Positions 8,571 through 18,615 are shown, counted from the stretch's first letter. The stretch is 64,000 nucleotides of DNA from an uncultured Chloroflexia bacterium (GCA_963828165.1 CAWHDR010000001.1:192001-256000); one strand, 5' to 3'. Made by a program: numbers and translations. Notes: generated by a model not told the origin, from the letters alone.

Positions 8571-9608
8571 ATGCGTCGCACCCAATCCCTCGCGATCGTG
8601 GCCGGCCTGGTCATCCTGGTCGCCGCGTGTACCAACCCACCCGCCGCCTCGGTCGCGCCGTCCAGCGCGGCGCCGGCATCGTCGGCACCCGCGTCGGAAG
8701 CCCCGTCGTCCGCCGCGCCGACGGCCATGAAGGTCGGCTACATCTCGCTCGGCGAGGCGATCCCGTTCGTCAGCCTCGTCACCAACAGCATCAAGGAGGA
8801 GGCCGACAAGGTCCCCGGTCTCGAGATCGTCGTGTGCGACTCCGAGATCGACGCGGCCAAGGCCCTTGCCTGCGCCCAGAACCTCAAGGTGCAGGAGGTC
8901 CAGGCCGTCCTGAACTTCCAGCTCTTCGAGGACAGCTCGCCCGAGGTCTGCACGGCCTACGGTGACCTGCCGACCATCGCCATCGACATCCACCAGGCGC
9001 CGTGCGAGGTGGCCTTCATGGGCGCCGATAACACCCTTGCGGGCACCCTGGCCGGCAAGGTCGTCGGCGACGCCCTCAAGGCCGAGAACGACTGCACCTA
9101 CGAGGCCGTCGTGACGCTCGATACCAAGGGTGCCGGCGCAACGACGCTCGCCCGCATGGACGGCATGATCGCCGGGTTCGAGGAGGCGTGCGGCACCATC
9201 GACCCCGCCAAGTTCAAGAGCATCGACGTCGGCGGCACGACCGACCTGGCCCTCGAGAAGTTCGGGAACCAGCTGTCCGCGATCAAGCCGGGCGGCATCA
9301 TCGCCATCCTGAGCCTGAACGACGACATGTCGCTCGGGGCCTTCGCCGCCGCCCGCACCGCGGGTCGCGAGACGGAGCTCCGCCTCGCCGGTCAGGGCGC
9401 CGATCCGACCTCCTGGAAGGAGATCGCCTGCAACCCGCAGTGGCTCGGTGACACCGCGTACTTCCCGGAGCGGTACGGCACCATCCTGGTCCCGGCCGTG
9501 GTCGACCTGCTGAGCGGGAAGACCATCGAGAAGAACCTGTTCACCAAGCACGAGGTCGTCACCAAGGACAACATCCGGACCGTGTATCCGGAAACCCCCG
9601 CCTGCTGA
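8571..9608 (+). CDS. Sugar ABC transporter substrate-binding lipoprotein (paralogue of 3956)
   Basis: Lipobox LVAAC. CDSEIDAAKALACAQNLKVQ is identical to the 3956 protein, and KDNIRT.YPETPAC is shared. Confidence 0.9.
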   Translation: MRRTQSLAIVAGLVILVAACTNPPAASVAPSSAAPASSAPASEAPSSAAPTAMKVGYISLGEAIPFVSLVTNSIKEEADKVPGLEIVVCDSEIDAAKALACAQNLKVQEVQAVLNFQLFEDSSPEVCTAYGDLPTIAIDIHQAPCEVAFMGADNTLAGTLAGKVVGDALKAENDCTYEAVVTLDTKGAGATTLARMDGMIAGFEEACGTIDPAKFKSIDVGGTTDLALEKFGNQLSAIKPGGIIAILSLNDDMSLGAFAAARTAGRETELRLAGQGADPTSWKEIACNPQWLGDTAYFPERYGTILVPAVVDLLSGKTIEKNLFTKHEVVTKDNIRTVYPETPAC

Positions 9609-9623
9609 CCTTCGCTTTCCCAC

Positions 9624-9659
9624 GCTCGGCCCCGCCCTTCCCCCAGGGTGGGGCCGAGC
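9624..9659 (+). other. GC-rich RNA hairpin downstream of the SBP gene (stabiliser or weak terminator)
   Basis: GCTCGGCCCCGCCCT-loop-AGGGTGGGGCCGAGC, 15-bp stem with one G-U pair, no U-tract. Confidence 0.5.
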
Positions 9660-9681
9660 CATTCCACCCAGGGAGACACCG

Positions 9682-10398
9682 ATGACCGAGTCGCGGGTCG
9701 CGCTCGTGACTGGTAGCGCGCGTGGCATGGGCCGCGCGATGGGCGAGGTGCTCACCGCGTCCGGCCACCGTGTGGTGGGCCTGGATCGCCTGGAGCAGGA
9801 TCCCGGGCCGCTCCATCGAACCGTCGTCGCGGACCTCGCGGATCCGTCCGTCCCGGGCAGGGTGGTCGCGGACATCCTCGCGACCGAGGGTCGCCTCGAC
9901 GTGCTCGTCCACAACGCCGCGGTGCTCGTCCATCAACACCCGCTCGCCGAGGTCACGTTCGAGGACTACGACCTCCAGACCTCGGTCAACCTGCGCGCCG
10001 TGTTCTTCCTGTCGCAGGCCGCGGCCGAGGCGATGCGCCCCAACGGTTTCGGGCGGATCATCGCGATCTCCAGCGTCGGTGCGCGGACCGGCGGGATGTC
10101 CAACTCGGCGATCTACGCCTCGACGAAGGCCGGCGTCATCAGCCTCATGAAGAACTTTGCCCGGAACTACGGCCGCCACGGGATAACGGCGAACGCCGTC
10201 GCGCCCGGCGCGGTCGAAGGGTTCATGACCGAGCACCTGACCGCGGCCGAACGTGAGACGTTCACCGGGCTCGTGCCCCTGGGCCGCTTCGCCGACCCGA
10301 TCGAAGTCGCCCATGTCGTCGACTTCCTCGCCTCGGACCGAGCGAGCTTCGTCAACGGCGCCACCATCGACGTCAATGGCGGCTGGGTCATGGCGTGA
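9682..10398 (+). CDS. SDR family oxidoreductase
   Basis: TGSARGMG, HNAA, YASTK. Confidence 0.9.
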   Translation: MTESRVALVTGSARGMGRAMGEVLTASGHRVVGLDRLEQDPGPLHRTVVADLADPSVPGRVVADILATEGRLDVLVHNAAVLVHQHPLAEVTFEDYDLQTSVNLRAVFFLSQAAAEAMRPNGFGRIIAISSVGARTGGMSNSAIYASTKAGVISLMKNFARNYGRHGITANAVAPGAVEGFMTEHLTAAERETFTGLVPLGRFADPIEVAHVVDFLASDRASFVNGATIDVNGGWVMA

Positions 10399-11466
10399 GC
10401 GACGAGCGCAAGCTCCGCCTCGGGGTCGTCGGCGCGGGGGCCTGGGCGTCCTTCGCACACATCCCGGGATTCCTTCGCCGCCCGGAGATCGAGCCGTGGG
10501 TCGTCAATCGCCGGGACCCGGAGGCGCTAGCCGCGATCCGCTCCCGATTCGGATTCGCCCACGCCACCACGGACTGGCGCGAGGTGATCGACCTTCGGCC
10601 TGACATCGTGGCGCTGACCGGCCCCGGTGCGCTTCGGGCGGAGCAGGCCAAGGCCGCACTCGAGGCGGGAATCCACGTCCTCGCCGAGAAACCATTCACC
10701 ATCGATCCGGCGGACGCCTGGGCGATCGACCGCCTTGCCCGTGACCGCGGCCTCCATGTCGTCCTCTGCTACGCCTGGAACGAGATGGGCATCACCGAGC
10801 ACGCGCGCCGGCTCATCGAGGGCCCGGACGGGATCGGCGAGGTGGAGCACGTGATGGTGGAGATGGCCACGATCGTGCGCGACCTCCTGACCGAGGGCAC
10901 CACCTACCTCGGCGATGCGGACGTGTCGCTTCCGCGTGGGGAGACCTGGTCCGACCCGGCGATCTCCGGGGGAGGCTACGGTCAGGGCCAGCTCACCCAC
11001 GCCCTCGGGTTGGTGATGCGCCTCGTCCCGGACCTCCGCGCCACGGACGTCGCGGCGTTCACGGCGGGCCCCGGCGCAGCGGTCGAGCTCCACGACGCGC
11101 TCGCCATCCGCTTCGAGGGCGGGGCGATCGGCTCGGTCGGGGGCGCGTCGCTGCCCCTCGGTTCGTTCGGCAACCAGCACCAGCTCCAGATCCGCATCAC
11201 CGGTCGGCGCGGCCAGGTGCTGCTCGACATGGCGATGTCCCGGGTCGCGCGCTCGATGGGCGGGGTCGATCTCGAGGTCGCAGCTGTCCGACGAGGACGT
11301 GCGCTGGTCGTTCGACCGCGTGACGGACCGGATGGTCGACCTGGCTCTCGGGCGCACGACCGACAACCCCTCGCCGGCATCGCTCGGGGCGCGTGTCGTC
11401 GATATCCTCGACGGCATGTATCGGAGCGCTGCCTCTGGCCGGATCGAGCCGGTCAGCCGGGGCTGA
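10395..11466 (+). CDS. Gfo/Idh/MocA family oxidoreductase (apparent +1 frameshift near 11280)
   Basis: GVVGAGAW, AEKP, WSDPAISGGGYGQGQLTH. After 11281 another frame reads QLSDEDVRW...NPSPASLGARVVDILDGMYRSAASG..., matching the C-terminus of paralogue 53151, and stops at 11466. Confidence 0.85.
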
Positions 11467-12634
11467 CCCCCGCTGGCGGCTCGGTGACGAGCGGCTGGAT
11501 CGGCATCCGCACGCCGGCCCGGACCACCTCGACGGGGGCGAGCCGCTGCCGGGCCTTGCGGACCTCGCCCGCCGAGTCGACGAGGTCGAACCGGCCCTCC
11601 TCCAGGCGCAGGATCGTGACGTCGGCCTCAGACCCGACGGCCAGCGTGCCGATCCGGTCGGACATCCCGAGGGTCGCCGCCGGCGCGGTGGTGACCATGG
11701 CGATGACGTCGTCGAGGGAGAGCCCGAGGATGAGGAACTTCGACATCGTCGTCGCGAGGTCGCGGACCGGACCGGCGATGTTGAAGCGATGGAGGTCCGT
11801 GCTGATCGAGTCCGGAGGGAAGCCGTTCGCCAGGGCCGCCTCGGCAACGCTCCAGCTGAAGCTGCCGCCGCCGTGACCGACATCGAACCGGACGCCCCGG
11901 GCGCGGGCCTCTCGGGCGGCCGCCACGACCCGCCCGTCGTCGCCCAGGATCGTGCCCGGACGCCAGCCGGTGAACGAATGCGTCACGACGTCGCCCGGAC
12001 GAAGGCGATCGACGACCTCGTCGAGCCCGAACGGCGTGCCGCCGATATGGACCATCACCGGTAACGAGGTGGCCTCCCCCGCCTCGAGCGCGCGCTCCAA
12101 CCCCGCGATCCCGTTCGATCCCGACAGCGTCTCCGACACGCGGACCTTGAACCCGACGATCAGGTCGCGGTTGGCCTCGGCGACGGCGATCGCCCGCCCC
12201 GGGTCGACGAAGCGGAGGTCGTGGAGCTCCCCGAGATGCGTGTCGATCTGGCCGGTCGCGCCGATGTTCAGGAACGCCAGGACGCGGCAGCGCGAGGGTT
12301 CCGCTGCGATCTTGCGAAACCCCGCGAACGTGTTCGCTCCGGCCGAGCCTCCATCCACGACGGTCGTCACGCCGCGACCGAGACACGCCCGATCGGCCTC
12401 GACCGAGAGGTCCGCGACACCGGGGTAGACGTGGACGTGGAGATCGATGAGACCGGGCACGACCAGCAGACCCGACGCGTCGATGACATCGGCCACGCCG
12501 GCGGGCACGACGTCCGGTCCGACTGCGGCGATCCGTCCGGACTCGATCAGGATGTCGCCGGTGTCGTGTCGACCGCTGGCCGGATCGATCACCGTGCCGC
12601 CGACGATGTGCAGCGCGTCGCTCGTCACGGGCAC
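11453..12634 (-). CDS. Amidohydrolase/deacetylase (COG3964, dihydroorotase-like)
   Basis: PGLIDLHVH, VGFKVR, MVHIG, VTHSF, FDVGHG and ISTDLH metal-binding motifs. Start approximate. Confidence 0.85.
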   Translation of the reverse strand: MPVTSDALHIVGGTVIDPASGRHDTGDILIESGRIAAVGPDVVPAGVADVIDASGLLVVPGLIDLHVHVYPGVADLSVEADRACLGRGVTTVVDGGSAGANTFAGFRKIAAEPSRCRVLAFLNIGATGQIDTHLGELHDLRFVDPGRAIAVAEANRDLIVGFKVRVSETLSGSNGIAGLERALEAGEATSLPVMVHIGGTPFGLDEVVDRLRPGDVVTHSFTGWRPGTILGDDGRVVAAAREARARGVRFDVGHGGGSFSWSVAEAALANGFPPDSISTDLHRFNIAGPVRDLATTMSKFLILGLSLDDVIAMVTTAPAATLGMSDRIGTLAVGSEADVTILRLEEGRFDLVDSAGEVRKARQRLAPVEVVRAGVRMPIQPLVTEPPAGVSPG

Positions 12635-12650
12635 ACCGTCCCAAGCCGGG

Positions 12651-13698
12651 TCATCCGGCCGCGACCGCAAGAAGCCGCGCCGGGTTGTGCACCAGCATGG
12701 CGTCGATGGCCGCCTCGTCGACGCCGAGGTCGCGCAGGAGGGGCACGATGTGTTCCAGGAGATGCGCGTAGCCCCAGCTCCCCCACCGGCGGAGGCGAGT
12801 CCGGACACCGATGTCCTGGCCGAGCACGATCCGGTCCGCGTAGCCATCGTTGACCAGCGCTGCGACGACGGTTGCCACGTCCCGGTCCGACGGTGGCCAC
12901 CGGCCCGGACCCAGCAGCGAATGGTCGAAGCCGAAGAGGTCGAACCCGAGCGTCGAGCCTCGATCGGCCAGGGCGCGCAGGCCGTCAGGCTGGTCGATGG
13001 CCGTGTTGCAGTGCCCCAGGATCACCCGCGTCGGGTCGGCTCCGGCGGCGGTCAGGGTGTCGAGGACGGACCGGCCTTCGTGCCCCCAGGGATGGAGGTG
13101 GACCGAGATCGCCAGGCCGCTGGCGGCGGCAGCGGCAGCCACCCCCTGCAGGAAGCCGGTCTCGGCGGGCTGGACCGGATCCGACGTCCCGATCTCGCCG
13201 AGGATGCCGGGCCGGATCCCCGTCTCGCCGATGCCCGCGTCCACCGTTCGGAGCAGGCGCGTCGTGATCTCGTCGACGCTCGACGTCGCGACCCACGACT
13301 CATGGACCGGGCCGAGGTACTGTCCGGTGCCGATCACCACGTGCAGTCCGGAGCGCTCGGCGATCTCGAGGACCCGCCGGGCGTCCTGGCCAAGGGACGG
13401 CGGGGTCAGCTCGACGACCGTGCCGCCACCGGCTCGGGCGAACGGGGCCAGCTCCTCGACCACGGCGTCGACATCGGTCAGGCGGTAGTTGTCCGTGTGG
13501 ACGCCCGGGTTCCAGCGGGCTTCGGCGGCAGTTCGCGGCGTCCCACCGGCCGGCGGCGGTCGTCTCGTAGCCATGGACCGCGAGAAGTGGCGTCGAATCC
13601 ATCCACAGGTGCTCGTGCATCGTCGTGATCCCGAGCTGCTTCGGGTCGACCGGCCCTCGGACCGTTCGGACCATGCCCTCCGGCCCGACCGCGCTCAT
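12651..13698 (-). CDS. Phosphotriesterase-related (PHP-type) protein (apparent frameshift near 13532)
   Basis: N-terminal RTVRGPV..LGITTMHEHL is in ORF 13300..13698. GILGEIG, SVHL, LGHCN and GQD are in ORF 12651..13574. The frames join at GCG A ACT GCC. Confidence 0.85.
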
Positions 13699-14804
13699 CG
13701 GAATTCGACCGTCTCGGTGAGCTCCGTCTCGGTGACGCCGGCCAGCGACAGGACGAGGCGGACCTCGTGCGATCCGGCCGGCACGTCATCCGGCAGGCGG
13801 ACTTCGGCCGTCTGCTGGCGGCGGATGTAGAACCCGCGCTCCGGGCCGAGCTCGGACGCCCGCACGCCAACGCCGGTCTCCCCGACCGTCGGGTTGACCA
13901 GCTCGAGCGAGGCACTCGGGATCGAGGCGCCGTCGAGCTGCAACGACAGGCCGGACAGGTAGCGCGACACGGGTCCCGGGTTGGTGAGCAGGAGGGCCGC
14001 CGTCGAGGTGGCACCGCCGGGCAACCCGGCACGACCCGCCAGCAGGAGCCGTTCCGGCCAGTAGCGCTCCACGAACGTGCGCAGGTCCGCGAACGGATCG
14101 AGCGGCTCGCCCCGCAGGACCGCGGCCGCGCGTTCGGCCAGGAGGCCCGCGGCTGCGTCGATCTGCGCCGCGCCCCGTGCCGCGTCCACGGTGAAGCGCG
14201 GGTTCGGCCCGTAGACGCCGACCCGCGTCGCGGCCGGATCGTCGGGCAACCGATCAACGTCCACGAGGTGCGGGGCAAGCGCCGCGACCCACGAGGTCTC
14301 CATCGTCGAACCGTGGTCCACCGCGACCGGCCAAGCCGTCCCGAGCCCGGTCCCGAGGGCGGCGTTCAACTCCAGGTAGCAGAGCCCCATCGCCTGCAGT
14401 CCGGAGCCATCGGCCGAGGCCTCAGCGCACACCCGCTTGATCACGTGGTTCAGGTCGAGGGGGCCGTGGCCGGTGTGGACCACCGCGAGCCGGACGCCGT
14501 ACGCGGGCAACTGGCGGAGGGTCTGGCGCAACGCCTCCTCGACCAGCCCTGGGTCGTACCGGAACGACCAGGGAAGGGCCAGGGTTCCCATCGTGAGATA
14601 CGACCACGGCAGGACGACCCCACCGATCCGCTCGGCCGCCGCCACGAGCAGGCCATGACCGGTCAGCCCGTCCGTGCCGTTGGGCAGGTGGTCGGCGTGG
14701 AATTCCAGGGCGCCAAGCGGGATCCAGGCGATCGGCGCCCGGTCGAGCGCGGCGTCGATCCCGTCCGGTCGCAGGCGCTCGAGCCGGACCTCGGGCGTGG
14801 TCAT
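13695..14804 (-). CDS. Creatininase-family amidohydrolase with an extra C-terminal beta-rich domain
   Basis: GALEFHADHLPNGTD, HTGHG and DHGSTMETS match the creatininase metal motifs, followed by a ~120-aa extension. Confidence 0.8.
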   Translation of the reverse strand: MTTPEVRLERLRPDGIDAALDRAPIAWIPLGALEFHADHLPNGTDGLTGHGLLVAAAERIGGVVLPWSYLTMGTLALPWSFRYDPGLVEEALRQTLRQLPAYGVRLAVVHTGHGPLDLNHVIKRVCAEASADGSGLQAMGLCYLELNAALGTGLGTAWPVAVDHGSTMETSWVAALAPHLVDVDRLPDDPAATRVGVYGPNPRFTVDAARGAAQIDAAAGLLAERAAAVLRGEPLDPFADLRTFVERYWPERLLLAGRAGLPGGATSTAALLLTNPGPVSRYLSGLSLQLDGASIPSASLELVNPTVGETGVGVRASELGPERGFYIRRQQTAEVRLPDDVPAGSHEVRLVLSLAGVTETELTETVEFR

Positions 14805-14818
14805 CGCAGCGTCCTCGT

Positions 14819-15529
14819 TCAGTCGATCAGGAATCCGCCGTTGATGTCCGTGACTTCGCCGGTGATGTAGCCAGCGTGCTCCGAGGCGAGGAAGGCGACG
14901 AGCGATGCGACCTCGTCGACCGTCCCGAACCGACCGACCGGGATCCGGCTGACGAGGTCACGCGTGTTCGCGATCATCGGCGTGTCGATGAGCGCCGGTG
15001 CCAGGGCGTTGGCCGTGATGCCGAACTTGGCGTATTCGTTGGCGATCGACTTCATGAGGGTCATGACCCCGGCCTTGCTCGCGGCGTACGCGGCGACACT
15101 CCGAGCCCCGCCGGCCTTGCCCGCGCTGGACCCGATCCCGACGATCCGCCCGTACCCGGCCTCGCGCATCGCCGGCAGCGCTCGCCGAGCGGCGAGGAAC
15201 GCGCCGGTCAGGTTGATCGCCATCGTGCGGTCCCAAAGCTCGCGCGTCGTCTCCTCGAACGGCACGATCGGGAAGATCCCGGCGTTGAGGACGAGCACCG
15301 AGACCGGGCCGAGCTCCGTCTCGACCCGATCGAACGCCGCGTCGATGGCGGCTTCGTCGCTGACATCGCAGGCGATCCCGAGGATCCCCGGGTGCCCCGG
15401 TGCCTCGAGGTCGAGCGCCGCCACCTTCGCGCCGTTGCCCTGCAGGACTTCGGCGATGCGCTGGCCGATGCCCCGGCCCGCCCCCGTGACGACGGCCACC
15501 CGGCCGGACAGTCCCTCGACCTGGATCAT
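14819..15529 (-). CDS. SDR family oxidoreductase (FabG-like)
   Basis: TGAGRGIG, LNAG, YAASK. Confidence 0.9.
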   Translation of the reverse strand: MIQVEGLSGRVAVVTGAGRGIGQRIAEVLQGNGAKVAALDLEAPGHPGILGIACDVSDEAAIDAAFDRVETELGPVSVLVLNAGIFPIVPFEETTRELWDRTMAINLTGAFLAARRALPAMREAGYGRIVGIGSSAGKAGGARSVAAYAASKAGVMTLMKSIANEYAKFGITANALAPALIDTPMIANTRDLVSRIPVGRFGTVDEVASLVAFLASEHAGYITGEVTDINGGFLID

Positions 15530-15566
15530 CGCTGCGCTCCTCGTGTAGCGGGCCGTGCAGGGCGGG

Positions 15567-15582
15567 CTGGTGACGTTTCCAG
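15567..15582. promoter_or_regulatory. LacI-type operator in a divergent intergenic region
   Basis: Imperfect palindrome CTGGTGACGTTTCCAG. Confidence 0.65.
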
Positions 15583-15627
15583 TGAGCCGCTAGCATAGGT
15601 CATCACGCGTCGAAGCGAGGGGCCGCA

Positions 15628-16500
15628 GTGCAGATCGGGATCGATAGCTACTCCTATCACCGGCGCTACGGCGAGGCCCGGGTCGGCGAGGCGTCCTCGT
15701 CGTTCGCGCCGTGGCCACTCGAGCCGGAACCGGTCCTGCGCCACGCCCGATCGACCGGCGCCGACATCGTCTTCCTCGAGACCTGCTACCTCCCGGACCC
15801 CGAACGGATCGACGCGGCCATGCTGGCCCCGGCCGGTCCGACACGGGTGGGCTTCTCGTGGGGTCACCCATGGCCGTCGGGCCGGTTCCACGGCCTCGAC
15901 GGCGGCCGCTACTACGGCGCGGAGCTGGAGTTGCGCCGCTGGGTCGACGCCGCGTCCCGCCTCGGCCAGGAGGTCCTGCGCATCACCGGCGGCAGCCCCG
16001 CCTCGCGCGGTGACGAACCGGCCGACGTGCTGGTCGAGCGGCTCGTGGGCCCGGTCCGTCGCGCCGTCGCCTATGCAGCCGACCACGGCGTCCGCCTGGC
16101 CATCGAGAACCACGGTGACCTCCGCGTCCGGGACATCCTGGCCCTGATCGACGCCGTGGCGGCGACCGGTGTGCTCGGCGTCTGCCTCGACAACGTCAAT
16201 CTCGTCCGGGTCGGAGACGACATGGCCGATGGCACCCGCGCCCTTGCGCCGCACACGCTGCTGGTCCAGTTGAAGGATCACGTGGCCGGCGATCCGACGA
16301 TCAGCGGCGGCCCGGTCTGCACCGCTCTCGGCGAGGGCATCGCGGACCTCGATGGGCTCATCGGGATCCTGGCCGACGCCGGGTTCGATGGTCCGGTGTG
16401 CGTCGAGCTGGCATCGCTAGGCCCGTCGGACGTCGACGAGCTCGCGTTGATCGAGCGCAGCGTGGCGTGGCTGCGAGGCCGTCTGGGGCCGGGGCGATGA
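15628..16500 (+). CDS. Sugar phosphate isomerase/epimerase (xylose-isomerase-like TIM barrel)
   Basis: LAIENHGD, CLDNVN, VQLKD, LGEG..D, VCVEL. Confidence 0.85.
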   Translation: MQIGIDSYSYHRRYGEARVGEASSSFAPWPLEPEPVLRHARSTGADIVFLETCYLPDPERIDAAMLAPAGPTRVGFSWGHPWPSGRFHGLDGGRYYGAELELRRWVDAASRLGQEVLRITGGSPASRGDEPADVLVERLVGPVRRAVAYAADHGVRLAIENHGDLRVRDILALIDAVAATGVLGVCLDNVNLVRVGDDMADGTRALAPHTLLVQLKDHVAGDPTISGGPVCTALGEGIADLDGLIGILADAGFDGPVCVELASLGPSDVDELALIERSVAWLRGRLGPGR

Positions 16501-16525
16501 GGCTCGCCGGTCGGTCGGGCCGGGA

Positions 16526-17539
16526 TCAGCGTGCGGGCGGGCACGACTCCCGCCAGATCACGTCCACCGGCAGGATCACCGTTTCGGGTGCGACGTCGAC
16601 CGCCAGCTGCCGGACGAGGATGCTCGCCGCGGCCACTCCGAGCCCGAACGCGTCCCGGGAGATGGCCGTCAGCGGCGGCCGATGGACGCGATTGATGCCG
16701 ACCTCGTCCGAGGTCACCAGCGCGATATCCGTGCCCGCTCCCAGACCCTGTTCGTGCAGCGCCCCGAGGACGCCTTCGAGCATCTGGTTGCCGCCGACAA
16801 TGAGCGCGCTGACGGCGGGCTGGACGCCGAGCAGCTGGGCCGCGGCGGCATGGCCCGCATCGGCGTCCAACTCACACTCCACGAACTCGACACGAACATT
16901 CCCGGCGATGCCCGCCGCCTCGTTGGCTCCGGCCATTCGCTCGCGCCCCGCCCGATAGCGCAGGGGCCCCGGCAGCAGACCGATCCGGCGATGGCCGAGG
17001 CCGATCAGCCGAGTCATGGCATCCCGGATGCCGGCGCGATGGTCGGAGACCACGATGCTCGTCCCGACGTCAGTCGGCATGTCGGCCTCGATGAGGACCA
17101 CCGGGACCTCGCTCTCTTTCAGGGCGGCTGCGACCGCGGGATGGTAATCCGAGGCCGAGGTCAGAAGGATCGCGTCGGCCCGTCGCGCATGGAGATATCG
17201 GAGGTGGGATGCCTCGATCAGCGGATCGTGTTCGGAGTTCATCACGATCAGCATGAGGCCCGCATCCCGGAACACGGACTCGGCGCCCGATGCGATCAGG
17301 GCCGTCATCGGGTTGGAGAGATCGTCGGTCACGAACCCGACGGCGCGACTGCGACCTTTCCTGAGGCCCTGGGCCATGAAGTTGGGCTGGTAATTCAGCC
17401 GCGCCGCGGCGGCGAGCACACGCTCTCGCAGGTCGACCGCGACAGTCGCGTTGCCCGACATGACCCGCGATACCGTGGCGATGGCGACGCCCGCCTCGCG
17501 AGCAACGTCGCGGATGCTGGGGCGAGAACCTCGCGCCAC
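16526..17539 (-). CDS. LacI family transcriptional regulator
   Basis: SIRDVAREAGVAIATVSRV HTH, YQPNFMAQGL hinge, C-terminal PPLTAI. Confidence 0.93.
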   Translation of the reverse strand: MARGSRPSIRDVAREAGVAIATVSRVMSGNATVAVDLRERVLAAAARLNYQPNFMAQGLRKGRSRAVGFVTDDLSNPMTALIASGAESVFRDAGLMLIVMNSEHDPLIEASHLRYLHARRADAILLTSASDYHPAVAAALKESEVPVVLIEADMPTDVGTSIVVSDHRAGIRDAMTRLIGLGHRRIGLLPGPLRYRAGRERMAGANEAAGIAGNVRVEFVECELDADAGHAAAAQLLGVQPAVSALIVGGNQMLEGVLGALHEQGLGAGTDIALVTSDEVGINRVHRPPLTAISRDAFGLGVAAASILVRQLAVDVAPETVILPVDVIWRESCPPAR

Positions 17540-17629
17540 CGGGGAACCTCCTGGGTACGCCACGCCGATCGGTCGGTGGCAGCAGAGAATACCTGCCACG
17601 GGCCTTGGGCCATGCCATCGCCGACCGCG

Positions 17630-17676
17630 TTGACACCGGATGGCCGCCGCTCATAGCCTGACCGGGAAACGTTTTT
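17630..17676 (+). promoter_or_regulatory. Sigma70-type promoter plus LacI-type operator
   Basis: TTGACA(17630)-N18-TAGCCT(17654), followed by GGAAACGTTTTT at 17665. Confidence 0.65.
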
Positions 17677-17706
17677 CGACCAGGAGGCCCCAGAGCGGAG
17701 GACGAG

Positions 17707-18615
17707 GTGCGGACCGTCGAGACCGTCACGGGCCCCATCGCCGCGGCGGACCTCGGCTTCACCCTGGTCCACGAACACCTGCTCATCGACATGTACGAGG
17801 TCTCGCTCAACTCCGCCGGGGTCCTGCTCGATGAAGGGGCGGCCGCGGAGGAGCTGTCCCTATTCCGCGCCGCCGGGGGCATGACCGTGGTCGACCAGAC
17901 GACGATCGGCCTCCATCCGGACTGGGAGGGGCTGCGCCGGATCTCCCTTGCGACGGGCGTGCAGGTCATCGCAGGAGCCGGGGTGTACTGGCATCGGTTC
18001 AGGCCGGCCTGGGTGGAATCCCTGACTGAGGCAGAACTTGGGGCGCGCTTCGTCACGGAGCTGGCCGAGGGCGTCGGACCGAGTGGGATCCGGGCGGGAC
18101 TGATCGGCGAGATCGCGACCGGCCACCGCGGGATCGATCCCGTGGAGGCACGCGTCCTCAGGGCCGCGGCGCTCGCCCAGCGGGAGACGGGCGCGCCGAT
18201 CGCGACCCACGCATTGTTCACTCGCATCGGACTCGATCAGCTCGACGTCCTGGAAGCTGCCGGCGCGGATCCCGCGAAGGTGCTGATCGGCCACGCTGAC
18301 ACGTGTCCCGACGAAAGCTACCACCTCGCGGTCCTCGAGCGGGGGGCGTGGCTCGGGTTCGACACGGTCGGGCAGGCGGACAAGGCGACCGACGACTGGC
18401 GGGCCGACAGGATTGCGGCCTATGCCGCCGGCGGTCACCTGGATCGGGTCCTCATCTCGTCCGACGTCTGCAAGCGACCGGCCCTCGTCCGCAACGGCGG
18501 CGGAGGGTACGCCACCGTCCTGCGCGATTTCGTCCCGCTGCTTCGCTCCCGCGGCCTCACGCAAGACGACATCACCCGACTGCTGGTGGTGAACCCACGC
18601 AGCTTCTTCGAGTAG
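17707..18615 (+). CDS. Phosphotriesterase-related (PHP-type) protein
   Basis: TVTGPI..DLGFTLVHEHL, GLIGEIA, ATHA, IGHAD, SSD. Confidence 0.88.
   Translation: MRTVETVTGPIAAADLGFTLVHEHLLIDMYEVSLNSAGVLLDEGAAAEELSLFRAAGGMTVVDQTTIGLHPDWEGLRRISLATGVQVIAGAGVYWHRFRPAWVESLTEAELGARFVTELAEGVGPSGIRAGLIGEIATGHRGIDPVEARVLRAAALAQRETGAPIATHALFTRIGLDQLDVLEAAGADPAKVLIGHADTCPDESYHLAVLERGAWLGFDTVGQADKATDDWRADRIAAYAAGGHLDRVLISSDVCKRPALVRNGGGGYATVLRDFVPLLRSRGLTQDDITRLLVVNPRSFFE

Noticed and set aside
10395-11876. Gfo protein with a long C-terminal extension overlapping the amidohydrolase
   Set aside because: Frameshift artefact. The homologous C-terminus ends at 11466.
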